A DNA stretch of 64,000 nucleotides from Dendrobates tinctorius (lineage: Eukaryota): contig NW_027361727.1 in the NCBI RefSeq assembly GCF_039654945.1, positions 3,906,001-3,970,000 of the forward strand, read 5' to 3'. How positions within the stretch are numbered: the stretch's first letter is position 1; each line of letters opens with the position of its first letter. Shown piece by piece: positions 1 through 12,600 of this stretch. Below the pieces are notes generated by a model. It searched no databases and was not told the DNA's origin. It saw nothing but the letters and a program-made list of their open reading frames with translations. The translations under genes were made by a program, and so were the position numbers.

Positions 1-142
1 TTCCTGGAAGCCCAGAAGGCACAGCAGAAAGGTGAAATTCTGCCACTTGTACCACCTTGTGTACTTGCTGAGAATGTATATTTTTGCAGTGGTGTAATTG
101 GATTCCGATTGGCCCCAGTGCAGAATTTGGACCTGCCCCCCC

Positions 143-145
<3 letters not shown>

Positions 146-175
<30 letters not shown>
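146..175. repeat. (CA)n microsatellite
   Basis: About 15 CA units. Confidence 0.9.
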
Positions 176-177
<2 letters not shown>

Positions 178-2094
178 TGGTCAGATGTATGGGCCCCTGT
201 AGTGTTCTAAATTCTATAAAGACTTATGAATTGCCCCTTTCATTATGTAATGAAATGTCCCCCATCCTGGTATATATGTCCCCATCCTGGTCTACATGGT
301 CCCCAATCCTAGTGTATGTGTCCCCGATCTGCCCCAAATGCATAATTAAAAATAAAAACATTCTACTCCCCTTTCCTCTGCTCCCACGTCGCCCAGTGTC
401 TTTTGTATCCACCGCACAGCCCGACAGCTGACATTGGAGTGTGCACCATTGTCATGCTCTGCTCCCTGTGGCTGCACCTCCGACGTCAGCTCACAGCCAC
501 TGCATGTGTCGCAGTGCAGCATGTATCGCATTGCAGGGACCCGACGGGTCTCTGCAACACCATGCATGTCATCTGGATCTGCGTCTTCAGTGAGGACGGA
601 GATGCAGCAGGAGCAGGCATCTGTACCCCCGTGCCTGCTCGTGGCCTTCATTGCTGCGACCACAGTCGTTGCACCTCTGTGTTTTTCTCTGTTGGTGAGC
701 CAATGGTCTTACCAATGTGTGTTTCCCTCACCCTGTGTTGTCTGAGTGGTGTTCTACCCGAGGGGATCGAGTGCGGGCGTCCAGTGGGATGAGCCCTGGT
801 TCTTGCTGGCTCTCGAAAGACAGCGAGGTCAGCAGACAAGAACACCCACTGATCCATGTGTCTCCATAGTGATGTCACTGACCAACACAGGAGCCGGAAG
901 TGCCAGAGCAGCGCCGCTCTCCTATTGATTTCAGTGGCAGTGAATCTGGCACCTGCACTTCCTTCCCTGTCCACTTACGGATCCGCAGCAGTTTTCCATG
1001 CGACTTACAGTACCATGTAAACCTATGGAAAACCAAATCCGCTGTGCACATGCTGCGGAAATTTCTGCGCAGATTTGCTGCGGTTTATTTTCCGCAGCAT
1101 GTCACTTCTTTTTTGCGGAACGGCAGCTGCAGTTTCATTCCGGGAAGAGCGAACATACAAAATTCCCTCTCTCTCTCCAGTCCAAACCGCAATAGAATCT
1201 GCATCAATTCTGCTGGACAAAGTATAGGAATCGGCAGGGAAAACTGCATGCGTTTTACCCTGCGGTTTCTGCCAAGCGATGCAGATTTTTCTGCAGAAAA
1301 AATCCACAGCGTGTGCGCACACCCTAAGGGTGATCAGATCCTACATAGTTATGTATCATACACATATATTGCAGGTGTAGGCAGGCATAGGATGAAAGAA
1401 AATGCAGAATGGATTTGATTAAGGGTCTCTAGGCCCATACACACCACACTGAGAGTGGAATTATTTTTAGCACAGTGGACTGACAGCTCGTAGGAACAGA
1501 GTCTGTCCTCTGGGACTAGGTATGAGTGAACCGAACCTGTAGAACCCGGAGAAGTAAGCTGGGCCCAGAGACCTGTGGTGAAATCCATTCTGCATTTTCT
1601 TTGCTGCCTGTGTTGTGCTGTATTGTATTTGAATGGAGCCCATGGAAGTCACCAGGGTTTCCTTGTTGACATTATTTCACATGTTTCTTCCAGCGCTTCC
1701 GCACCCCCATTGTTTCAAATTGGCAATCGTGTCATTCCTTTTGGTACAACCCCAGTGAACATCGGCTTTCCTGCTGTGCCAGCCAATTGTGTTTTGGTTA
1801 GTTAAAGCATGTACTTTAATAGATCTATCCCCATACTTTTTAATTTCTTTTCAATAAAAGTGTATTTTGAGTTCATCTAAAATATCCTAGCCAGTGGAAC
1901 AACACATTTATGATTTACTTGGGGTTTGAATATCTTGCATTTCATACTATCAACGCAGTGGTGACTTGGAAATGCCGACTGCATCGCTCTTCAGAGTGCC
2001 ATTCAATTCTCAAAACAAAAGATGACAACGTAGTTCAAGAACCAACAGACCATTATCATGACTCCTGCCCTCAAAAAGCCGAAGCAAATGTGTC

Positions 2095-3210
2095 TCTGTG
2101 CTGCAGAGCATCTCACCTAGAATTGTATATTATTCTCCTGCCCTGCAGAGCATCTCACCTATAATTGTATATTATTCTCCTGCCCTGCAGAGCATCTCAC
2201 CTATAATTGTATATTATTCTCCTGCCCTGCAGAGCATCTCACCTATAATTGTATATTATTTTCCTGTCCTGCAGAGCATCTCACCTTTACCTGCATACTA
2301 TCCCCCTGTCCTGCAGAGCATCTCACCTTTACCTGCATACTATCCCCCTGTCCTGCAGAGCATCTCACCTATACCTGTATACTACCCCCCTGTCCTGCAG
2401 AGCATCTCACCTTTACCTGCATACTATCCCCCTGTCCTGCAGAGCATCTCACCTATACCTGTATACTATCCCCCTGTCCCACAGAGCATTTAACCTATAA
2501 TTCTATACTATTCTCTGTCCTGCAGAGCATCTCACCTATACCTGTATACTATCCCCCTGTCCTGCAGAGCATCTCACCTATAATTCTATACTATTCTCTG
2601 TCCTGCAGAGCACCTCACCTTTACCTGCATACTATCCCCCTGTCCTGCAGAGCATCTCACCTATACCTGTATACTATCCCCCTGTCCCGCAGAGCATTTA
2701 ACCTATAATTCTATACTATTCTCTGTCCTTCAGAGCATCTCTCCTATAATTCTAAATTATTCTTCTGCCCTGCAGAGCATCTCACCTATAATTCTATACT
2801 ATTCTCTGTCCTGCAGAGCATCTCACCTATACCTGTATACTATCCCCCTGTCCTGCAGAGCATCTCGCCTATAATTCTATACTATTCTCTGTCCTGCAGA
2901 GCATCTCACCTATACCTGTATACTATCCCCCTGTCCTGCAGAGCATCTCACCTATACCTGTATACTATCCCCCTGTCCTGCAGAGCATTTAACCTATAAT
3001 TCTATACTATTCTCTGTCCTGCAGAGCATCTCACCTATACCTGTATACTATCCCCCTGTCCTGCAGAGCATCTCACCTATAATTCTATACTATTCTTTGT
3101 TTTGCAGAGCATCTCACATATAATTCTAGATTATTCTTCTGCTCTGCAGAGCATCTCACGTATAATTGCATACTATCTCCCTGTCCTGCAGAGCATCTCA
3201 CCTATAACTC
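2095..3210. repeat. 42-bp minisatellite (cctgcagagcatctcacct...)
   Basis: About 26 copies with alternating variants. Confidence 0.95.
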
Positions 3211-3830
3211 GCTACTGTTTTCCTGTGGGTATTTATGTCTGTGGGCATTTTTCACATATCATGTGAACACCCTCACCTTGCACCTCAAATATCATAGATC
3301 TGAAACTTTGTGATGATGCAATTGGCAATTTTCTGTGTGAGCAATTTTCCATGTGAGCATTTTTCCTGTGGGCATTTTTCCATGTGAGCATTTTCCTGTG
3401 GGAAATTTTTCCTGTGGACAATTTTCCTGTGGGCAATTTTTCCTGTGGGCATTTTTATGGTCACCGGTTTTCAGATAACATCCCTGGCTGCAGGGTAAGC
3501 AATGCAATTACAAATAGAGGACTATGAAATGACATAGCCACTTCAAGTGTAAGATCATAGACCGAGTCTGTAAAGTAGCACACGGGCGTGCGTGTCCTGG
3601 AGAAGTAGTACATAGTTGTTGTAGGTAACATCGTATTCTTCCCCAGAAGCAGCATTAGCAATAAATATCTCTGTATTATAGCATCCATGCTACAATATGC
3701 GCTTTTGAATTCCATCAGGTCTGATGATGGCCATATACTGATTATTAAATTTGTCAGGAAAAATCCTTTATTGTAGCAACAGCTATAGATACAATGACAC
3801 CAAATATATAACATAAGATTCATGAGCTCC

Positions 3831-3969
3831 ATGATGATTGTAGGAAGGGAAGGGGAGGGGGGGGGAGGAAAAGGTGGGATTTTGGCTTAATGTCATAAAT
3901 ATACTGTAACTGTACCTTTTCCTTGTTGTTAAAATTGTTAAAGTAATAAAAATAGTTAAAAAAAAAAAA
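3831..3969 (+). mobile_element. 5'-truncated L1-type retroposed fragment
   Basis: G-rich tract, AATAAA, poly(A), and a 16-bp TSD aagattcatgagctcc (3815-3830 and 3970-3985). Confidence 0.8.
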
Positions 3970-4029
3970 AAGATTCATGAGCTCCGATGTCTGACATGAG
4001 GAATCTGATGATAGAATTTCCCTCTAATT

Positions 4030-4435
4030 TTGATACGCAAATTGCCTCTTCAGAGAGAAAGAGGACTAGAACTCTATAGCGCCACCTGTTGGAAGTAGTA
4101 ATCGTACAAGTCTCTATTGACCTTTTAACAAGAATCACAGTTTGTTGATACGGTGTTTCAGGGTACTGCCCCTAGTCAGGGCCAGTTATGAGTTCTGATT
4201 TGGATAGGTGAGAGGCTCTGGACCAAGTCACCTAGCCAAATCAGGTCTCATACTTTGCCCTGACAAGGGGCAGTACCCTGAAACACCAGGTCTGAAAACT
4301 GAGATTCTGATTTGGCATTTATCCAAGTCATATTGCTCGATAGTGACTTGTAGGATCGCTGCTACCAATAGGAGGTGCTATAAAATTCTAGTCCTCGTCC
4401 TCTCTGAAGAGGCAATTTGCATATTTAATTTTCCA
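4030..4435. mobile_element. Palindromic element of about 400 bp with a divergent pair of HHR-like motifs; the ERV integrated just to its right
   Basis: gcaaattgcctcttcagagag / ctctctgaagaggcaatttgc arms; CTGACAA-ggggcagtaccct-GAAAC at 4260-4284 and its inverse at about 4155-4180. Confidence 0.65.
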
Positions 4436-4473
4436 GAGTAGCATTGCTCTGTGAATAAGCCTCCTTATATTGG

Positions 4474-4979
4474 TGTGATGGAAATATATACATTTCATAT
4501 AGATCTCACTTGCATGTATTCTCATATATACATATATATAATCACAGCTAACATGAACTCTATAATCAATTGCTTAGAATTACCTCGTGAGCCAGCTAGC
4601 TCAAACCAGACTAGCTCCTTGGTATTTTCCAGACATCGAAAAAGAGGAAGTAACACCAGATGTCCAAACTGATGTCTCAATTTTGTCCTGGCTCCAAGAG
4701 TAACACTTTAGCTACCTATCATGCACTGATCACGATATCTTCCATGTACTCAAATAGCCAATAGCATTGAAGCTCAGCCTTATCTTAATTAACTAACCAC
4801 TCCTTTCTATACGTAATTATAAAACCATGTATGTGTAATAAACCTTCAGAGTATTGAATGCTATCCTGTAACCATGTGTACAGAGTTTCATTTCATTGAG
4901 CGCTCAAACTACTCAGTTTAATTGGGAGCAGCTGCAGCACACACAGGGATAGATTAATCCCAACCAAATTTCCATAACA
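4474..4979 (+). repeat. ERV 5' LTR (506 bp)
   Basis: tgtgatggaaat...atttccataaca; TATAAAA and AATAAA inside; direct repeat of 16737-17243. Confidence 0.95.
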
Positions 4980-4981
4980 TC

Positions 4982-4999
4982 TGGCGCCCAATGTGGGAT
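4982..4999 (+). promoter_or_regulatory. Primer-binding site, tRNA-Lys(1,2) type
   Basis: tggcgcccaatgtgggat, 2 nt after the LTR, versus canonical TGGCGCCCAACGTGGGGC. Confidence 0.85.
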
Positions 5000-6849
5000 A
5001 ATGGACAAAACGCACGGGGACCCTGCTGACTGGAGAGACGGAGGTGTCGGCCATGGCCTTGGCTCATGGGGACAATGACTGCGCAGCTCCATAAGTAAGG
5101 TAAGAAAATCTGGTTATCTTACCTGAATGTCCCTGTGCCCAGTCCGGGTTTATACCTCTTGCCGGTCAGGTGTGGTCACCACCGCATTTCCCAGGTAGTG
5201 TAAAAAGTCTGCGCTCTTATCCAAACCCTGGGATATAAGCCAAGGTGTCTGCTGTGTGCTGTGTGTGTGTGTTTCATGTCTGTCAAGATCCGGGAGAGAG
5301 TTGGAAACTGTGACTGATTTTGCTTGCGGTTGCTGGGAAACCAATAACAGGAAGCAATCTCTCTGGATAAGTTATCACGGTTCCCGTGCATAACTGGAAC
5401 AGGTGAGGCCCAAGCACGGATGGTTTTAACTTGGAGAGATATCACAGGTGAGTCTCTCTGGATAAGCTGTCACGGTTCCCGTGCATACACGGATGGTGCC
5501 AGCTTGGGGAGATATCACCGGCTGATCACTGGAGAGGTTATCATGGTTCCCGTGCATACACGGATGGTGATAACCTAGTGGGATATCACCGGGCCCATCT
5601 CCCAGGACGGAGGGTGATATGTCCCAGCGCCAAAGCGCTTGGTGTGATTGGCAGTTGTCGGTTATCAGAGCAGCTTGCCACTACTGTCACAAAATTAAGA
5701 GGGCTTCGATTTCTCCCGGATGTCTATTCATGTGTGTCCGTCCGTCTGTGACACTGCTGCTGTCCATGAAGACCTGGAGCAGAAGTTTTTTTCACATTTC
5801 CTCTTTTGCCCATAGGGCGCGTCTTTGATATTTTTCATATTGTCACATCTGTTTTGTGCTGTGTTTCCTTTATTCATTTTTGCATTCTGTGAAAGTTTTA
5901 GCTGCAGTGTGAGAATTTTGAGGAAAGCTGGGTTGCTGAGCTGTATATACCATTGTTCAGTGTGCCCTTTTGTTTTCAGAGACATTACTGAGAATAGACA
6001 CGCAGGCAGAGGAAAGGGGAAGTGTGTGTCCTGCATCTGTGCACGGACATAAATATATTGTTGGAAGTTGTACTGATTTTTTATTTCTTTTCGGAGTGTT
6101 TTTTTAAGTTTTACCAACTCCTTGATTTTTATTAGTTTTTAGTTTTTCCTTTTTAAAGTTTTTACAAATGTTTTGGTTTTTGCCCTTTTCTTTCCTTTTT
6201 AAAGTAAGTTTTAAAATTAAGTTTTTGAAGTTTTTTTAATCACCTTTTTCTGAAGTTTTTGGAATAGACACAGTTTGTGTGATTTAGAAGGTTAAGTATG
6301 TGTATTTACAGGGGCAGCCTTTAGGCTGCGGCATGGCATGATGTATTGAAAGGAAAAAAGGAAGTTAGTTGAAGTTGGATCGCTGCTTGCGTTTTATAAA
6401 GTAGCAGCAGACTTACAGCATAGAAGGTACTGAGAGTTATGTGAACAGATCTGGAAAGGATTTTATTTTTACATGTATAAGATAGGAAAAGGTGTTCTCA
6501 GCAGAATCCAAATCTGTGCCATCTGTGGAGCTCCCCGCTCCCCCCTACAGGGAGAAGGTACCACTAGTCCAAGCATGCCCTCTCTGGCTGCAGAAAAGGG
6601 GAAGGAATCCGCCCCTCCTTCTCTCTCTTCTCCCTCCTCTCTCTTCCCTCCCCACATCTCTCTCCCCCTTCTCTCTCCTCTCCTCCTTTTCTCTCCTCTC
6701 CTTCCACACCTCTCCTCCCTCACCTCCCACGTCTTCTCCCTCTCCTCCTTTTCTCTCCTCTCCTCCCTCATCTCTCTCTCCTCCTCATCTTTCCACTCTT
6801 TCCACCTCCCCTCCCTGCTCCTCACGATCTCTCTCTCCCCCTCCTCTCA

Positions 6850-8527
6850 GTTCGTTGTCACCAGCTGGGCCAATGCCAAATCCAGACAATGTGGTGTCTC
6901 TATATCCACAGGGCACCTTCTCAAAAGTGCCAGTGCCAGCTTTGATATCAGGAGAAGAAAGTGAAAATCTCCCTACACAAAACACCACAGGTAGCCCCCC
7001 GATACAACAGCCAGCAGAGCCCACAGCTCGGGGTGCAGGAAAGGGGGAGGCAGGAGCTAAAAATGCTGAAAATGAGGAACCTACGTACCAGACAGAGCTG
7101 CCAACATTTACATCATCATCAACGCAGCCTCGGGGGGGGACATCCTAACACAAAAAGGCAACTTCTACGTGCAAACTTCAGCCAGTATGTGACCCAAACA
7201 CACAATATTACAGCTTCTCCTCTGATGAAAATGAAGAGGGAACATCATACATGCTGCCCAGTACTAGGGAAAGAAACCCACAGACACCAAGTAGGCAGGG
7301 GCAGATAGAGCCAGATCCCTTACATTATGCGCCCTTCACCCCTAGTCAGGTGTTCAGTATTCTGAATAATTCTAATCTGCCAGACCCCGATATGGACCCC
7401 ATGCCATTTTACCGAAGAATGCAGCAGAGCCAGCAAACATATACTGCGACCTGGATTGATCTCTGGTCCATAATGGAAATAAAAGCAGGTGAAGCATTCT
7501 GGCCAATCATGAAGGAACACTTCAAGCTTCTAGCAGAATTAAATGTGCACTCCTGGGAGTCAGAATCAAAGCTAATTGAGCAGCTCAGAGAGTGAGTCAA
7601 AGCCAGACACAGGGCAAGCCCTCAGCCTACATGACATGAGCCAAGACAAGACAGAGTCTGTAGAGAAGTTTCATGACAGAGTGATGCAAGTATTCCAAGA
7701 TTTAGGCTTCACTATTCATGATCAGATACACAGACAAATGTTGACACAGGCCTTTGTGCATGGACTAAGGGTCCTGTTTCATATAGCGATGCACCAGCAA
7801 TCCCGACAACAATACGACTTGGTAGGGATCGCTGGTGCGTCGATACATGGTCGCTAGTAAGCTGTCAAACATGAAGATCTCTTCAACGACGCACCAGCGA
7901 TCCCGATGATACGACCTGGTAAGGATCGCTGGTGCGTTGTCACACAGCAGCTATTCTGAATGATTCCAGCCTGCGTCCCTGAGTTCTGCGTCGCCAACTA
8001 GGTTGCTCGTCGGTGTCAAACACAGTGATGCATGCTGGCCAGCGGGATGCTGACTATGGCCCAGGACATTCGAGCACAATCAGCAATATCCAGCGGGGGG
8101 CCGGTCGCTGCTGCGTGTCACACAAAACGAGATCGCTGGCGAGATCGCTGTGGTGTCACAGAATCGGTAACGCATCAGCGATCACGCTAGCGATCTCGCT
8201 ATGTGAGACGGGGCCTTAAGAGAACCAATCAAGAAACTGCTGATAGTGGCCAGGCCTGAGTACAGGTCAATAGCAGTAGATACCCTGCTCACAGTAGCCA
8301 GAAGGATTGAGTCCCACCCAGGAGTGCGGAAGACAGCTCCTGTTATGGTGGCCACTGATGTGGAAGAGCAACCACCCTGCAGAGACAGGAGAAACATCAA
8401 GTGTTACAACTGTGGCAAACTTGGCCATTTCCAGAACCAGTGCAGAGCACCCTGCCAACCCAGGACATCACGCAGAGGAACAGGCCAAGAAAGAAACACA
8501 AGAAGCGGTGAAGAACCCCGTCCGTAG
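6850..8527 (+). pseudogene. gag: ERV gag remnant (capsid-like region and CCHC zinc knuckle), frameshifted and split by a MITE; 5' limit uncertain
   Basis: QDKTESVEKFHDRV (resembles the major homology region); AFVHGLR|EPIKKLL rejoins across the MITE; CYNCGKLGHFQNQC; ends in TAG at 8525-8527. Confidence 0.85.
7769..8216. mobile_element. Harbinger/Tourist-like MITE inserted in gag
   Basis: TAA TSD and imperfect TIRs; removing it restores GGA CTA AGA GAA CCA (GLREP). Confidence 0.85.
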
Positions 8528-9153
8528 GACAGAGGCAAGCCAGGTCCGCAAGACATCATGCCCCTGACATGTGAAACACCATCAGCGGACCCAATACCTC
8601 AAATCACCCTGAAGGTGGACGGGGGTTATCAGATCTTTCCTTGTGGACACTGGTGCAGTCAGAAGTGTGGTGAGACATGTGGAACGCCCTGACCCCAACT
8701 GACAGAATCCTCTGTTTTGTGTGGAAATTGATGGTCAAGTCAGACATTTCCAGCTTACATTACAAGCCCCTGAGCATGTGAACACAGCCAGAACACTCCA
8801 TCCTGTTCCAGTTTATGGTGGAGACCTGCCCACTCAACCTGCTGGGAGCAGACCTACTGCAGAAAGCTAAAGGTGACCAAAGTGTTCCAGGAAGATGGGA
8901 AAATGACACTTTCTCCACCCCTGACACAAGAAGAATCAATCATGCTGGCGGCCCTACAAGACCCTCAAACAACCTGTGCAAGCCTACCCAAGGAGGTGCT
9001 GGACATAGTACCCGAAAGCCTATGGTCCAAGAGAGACTTCAAGTTGCGCCAGTGCGGGTGTCACCCAAGTCTGGAACCCCGTACCCTCATAAGTCCCAAC
9101 ATCCCCTGTCCATCACCCAAAGTCGAACTGTCTCTGACCAACTGAAGGTCTAA

Positions 9154-9632
9154 GTGAACCTGCTGTTCAAGCATTGGCCAGGAAATTCAACCCAAAGGGA
9201 CCTTACCCGCTTCATGAAATGGCTGCACTGCATCCAGCTCCAGTGCCAGAGGATCATCTTGTACAAGATTCTGAAGGTGCTCCTTGAAATTTATCCAGGC
9301 CCTGGACCGGAAAACAGCCATTCAGCTCTTCAAACTGGTGCACAAATGCTGACCTGAGACCAAGCTGGAAGAAAGGAACAGCTGCTGGCCCATGCTGAGC
9401 AAAAAGAAACTGGTAAAGAAGGCATCCCAGCAAAGAGACCCCCAGTGATCAGAGCAGGTGTTAACACAGTGACCGCCTTGGTGGAGAGCAAGTAAGCTCA
9501 GCTGGACGTCATCTCTGATGAAGAGGATCCCAGCAAACGGCTTGTTTTCCTGCCGACTCTGTGCCAGAAGATGGGAGTCCCCTACTGCAATGTGAAGAGC
9601 AAGGCCAGACCGGGCCGCCTCGTCCATAGGAA
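9154..9632 (+). pseudogene. RPL7A: Processed RPL7A (60S ribosomal protein L7a/eL8) internal fragment inside ERV RT
   Basis: Degenerate translation RDLTRFMKWLHCIQLQCQRIILYKILKV; QALDRKTAIQLFKLVHK; [20 protein letters not shown]; [30 protein letters not shown] matches RPL7A; contiguous, with no introns. Confidence 0.93.
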
Positions 9633-9636
9633 TCAT

Positions 9637-12600
9637 ACAAATTCAAAGGGGGCAAGCGGGCACCATCACAACAATGTATATAATCACTGGGGGATCACTT
9701 GCATGACATGTAAAGGAATCCAATTAGAGAAAAAGACCATGCATTAGAGTAGGATCACCAGACAGAGACCAATAGGTACAAAATATAAATATATTTTATT
9801 GTTCACAAGCCAGAAATCAACACACATTTAAAAACATTTAAAAGACCCAACTAAGGATCATTTATGAACACTCCAACAAATGACAAAATATCATGCTCAA
9901 TATTTAATAATGTAGCACCTGACCGCTAATACTGAGTATTGCACAAAGAAGGATATCTACAAGTAAATGCTGCTAACATGAAGCCAAACAATCAGAGACT
10001 GTGGGAGAATACAGCCCCTATTTTGTAGAGACATGAGTGCAAGGGTTTAACCCTAACAACCACCATATGCAATGCCCATAGAGCCCAAAGGGCAAGGAAG
10101 CAGCTATACATAATACATGCACAAAATCCCAAAATAGAAATTTAGGCAAGCTGAATACGTCACCCTATATAAGTATAGGCAGGAGAAACAGTCAGTCGCC
10201 CCCTCATCTAAATAGCAGCAATGCGGTCAAAGTGATATTGAGAGTCAATGGAGGAGACCCACGCGTTCCGACACTGACAGTGTCTTTTTCAAGGTGAGCA
10301 TAACCGGCTGTTTCACCTATCGATTTATATCCCTGTAATTAATTATCATTCTTACCAGCTGGCAGCCTGAATCGGAGATACACATGTAAGTTCCTGGACG
10401 CCGGCGGCTCGGGACCCGGAACTGATCATTACCGGAGGTCAGGAGTTGTACAGCGCTTGCGCATAGTATGTAATGCAGCAAACATCCTGAGTGACAGAAA
10501 GTGGACATGCGCAGTGGAACCCCTGACCAAGAGGAATATAACGCGCTTGCGCCCATGGTGTATAAACGGAGGTATCTAGATCTATAAAGAAAGGCCACAG
10601 AGGGACACCAAAGATATAGACGGGAATCTCCAAATAAGGAGAAGAACATGCGCAGTGTATTTTTACCCGGCAGGAATGCAATACGTTTGCGCGCATATTC
10701 ACAGAGTCAGAAAAAATAGAGTTAGAGGAAAGAAGGACATGCGCAATATCCACAAGAAAGCCTTATCGGTGTTACCGCTAGCAGATCTACTGCACATAAG
10801 GTGTGAGGGCATAAATATTTAACCTCATGAATAAAGTATTTAAATACCAGCATAAATAATTTTTTTTTTTTTTTTTTACATTAATGTCCCTAGTTTACGT
10901 CCAGTATGATGTTTTCATATAAGTACCACAGTGTCCATTAATAAATACTCAATATATAAAGTTCAAGATTTATAGCACTTACGCAGGTCTATAGAGTAGA
11001 GTTTATTTCTATCCACCTTATATATTTTTTGGAATTAGCTGATAGGCAAAATAAGCCTCATTCAGACGATCATAAAGCCTATTGCAGGTGTAATATAGCT
11101 GGTTTATTTTAGTGTGCCCCTCAAGCATGAACAGATAACACTTAATCCACTACTACCACAGTATTAGAATAACCAAAGGTTAAATATTAAATCACACAAG
11201 TGTAAATATATACAACTAATTATATTTCTTAAAGAAGATCTCTTCAACTGTGCAAGATAGTAGTACACACCATTTGTTTGTAGATATCCGCGGAATTTCT
11301 TATTAATGGCATCCTCCTAAGAGGATTGCCATATGAGGTCCCAGAACTCATAACAGAGACATATTTCATTAAGGGCAAAGTTTAATCTCCATATTTAGAG
11401 GAGGGTCAGTTTTTAATATCCTTCTTAGATATATAGTTGGTCCTTCGAGCATGAACAGATAACACTTCGTTCTATACGGGCTGATTGCCGATTCCCATAC
11501 CACCACGCACAATTCTTATCTTTTATGAATTGGCTGATAGGCAAATACGCCTCACTCAAACAATCATAAAGCCTATTGCAGGTATGAAATGGCTGATTTA
11601 TTTTAGTATACCCCTCGAGCATGAACATATTCACTAATTCACTTAATTCACTAATGCCACAATGTTAAAATAATCAAGGTTAAATGTTGAATCACACAAG
11701 TGTAAATATCAACCATTAATTATATCTCCCAAGGAAGAGCTTTTCGACTGTGCAAAATTAGTAATACACATCATTTTTTATACATAGGTATTCACGGAAC
11801 TTCGTATTGTTGGATAACCATATGAAGCCCCAGGACTCTTAGGGTACCGTTACACTTAGAGATGCACCAGCGATCCCGACAACGATATGGATCGCTGGTG
11901 CATCGCCAAGTGGTCGCTAGTGAGCTGCCACACAGGCAGATCTCACCAGCGACATAGCAGGGGTCGGGGGTCGCTACTTACCTGTCAGATGCGGCGATCC
12001 TGACGTCCTCCCGCCCGGCTCCACGCGTCGCTCGTCGGCGCCACAGGAAGCCCAGCAGGAAGCTGACGACGAGAAATGGTCCAGGACGTTCTCGCGTGAC
12101 CAGCGATGAGCAGCGGGGGAGCCGGTCGGAGGTAAGTATCAGACATAGCGATATCGCTGCTGCGTCACCAAATCGGTGACGTTACAGCGATATTGCTAGC
12201 GATATTGCTATGTGTAACAGGGGCTTTGTAACAAATAGAGGCATATATCATTAAGTACAGAGCTTAATCTCCAAATTTAGAGGATCAGTTTTTAATATCC
12301 TTCTTGGGTATATAGTTGGTCCCTAGAGCATGAACAGATAACACTTCGTTCTATACGGGTTAATTGCCCATTCCCATATCACCGCAATATTAGGGCCAAA
12401 ATGGCCAAAAACAGAATCGCACAAATGTGAATGAGAAACACTGATTATATTCTTGAAAAAAATCTTTTGATAAAGCAATGATTAAGGTACGAACAATTCT
12501 AAGCATACTAACAAAATTTGTTGATAATAATGATCTCCATAAGAGGATAGCCATATTAAACCCATCAGGGCCTATATCAGATAGAAACAATTAAAATTGA

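Noticed and set aside
2098-2500. Repetitive ORFs (LQSISP..., SQDSMEAW..., GGSDLCSAVW..., MYIHYITDPEL..., VLFNNCITVLSS...)
   Set aside because: Translations of tandem repeats that are open in several frames; no splice or homology support.
6469-6964. Ser/Leu/Pro-rich and Arg/Glu-rich ORFs
   Set aside because: Caused by a TC low-complexity tract in the ERV leader/gag region.
9154-9632. Functional RPL7A gene
   Set aside because: Internal fragment with stops, frameshifts and deletions.
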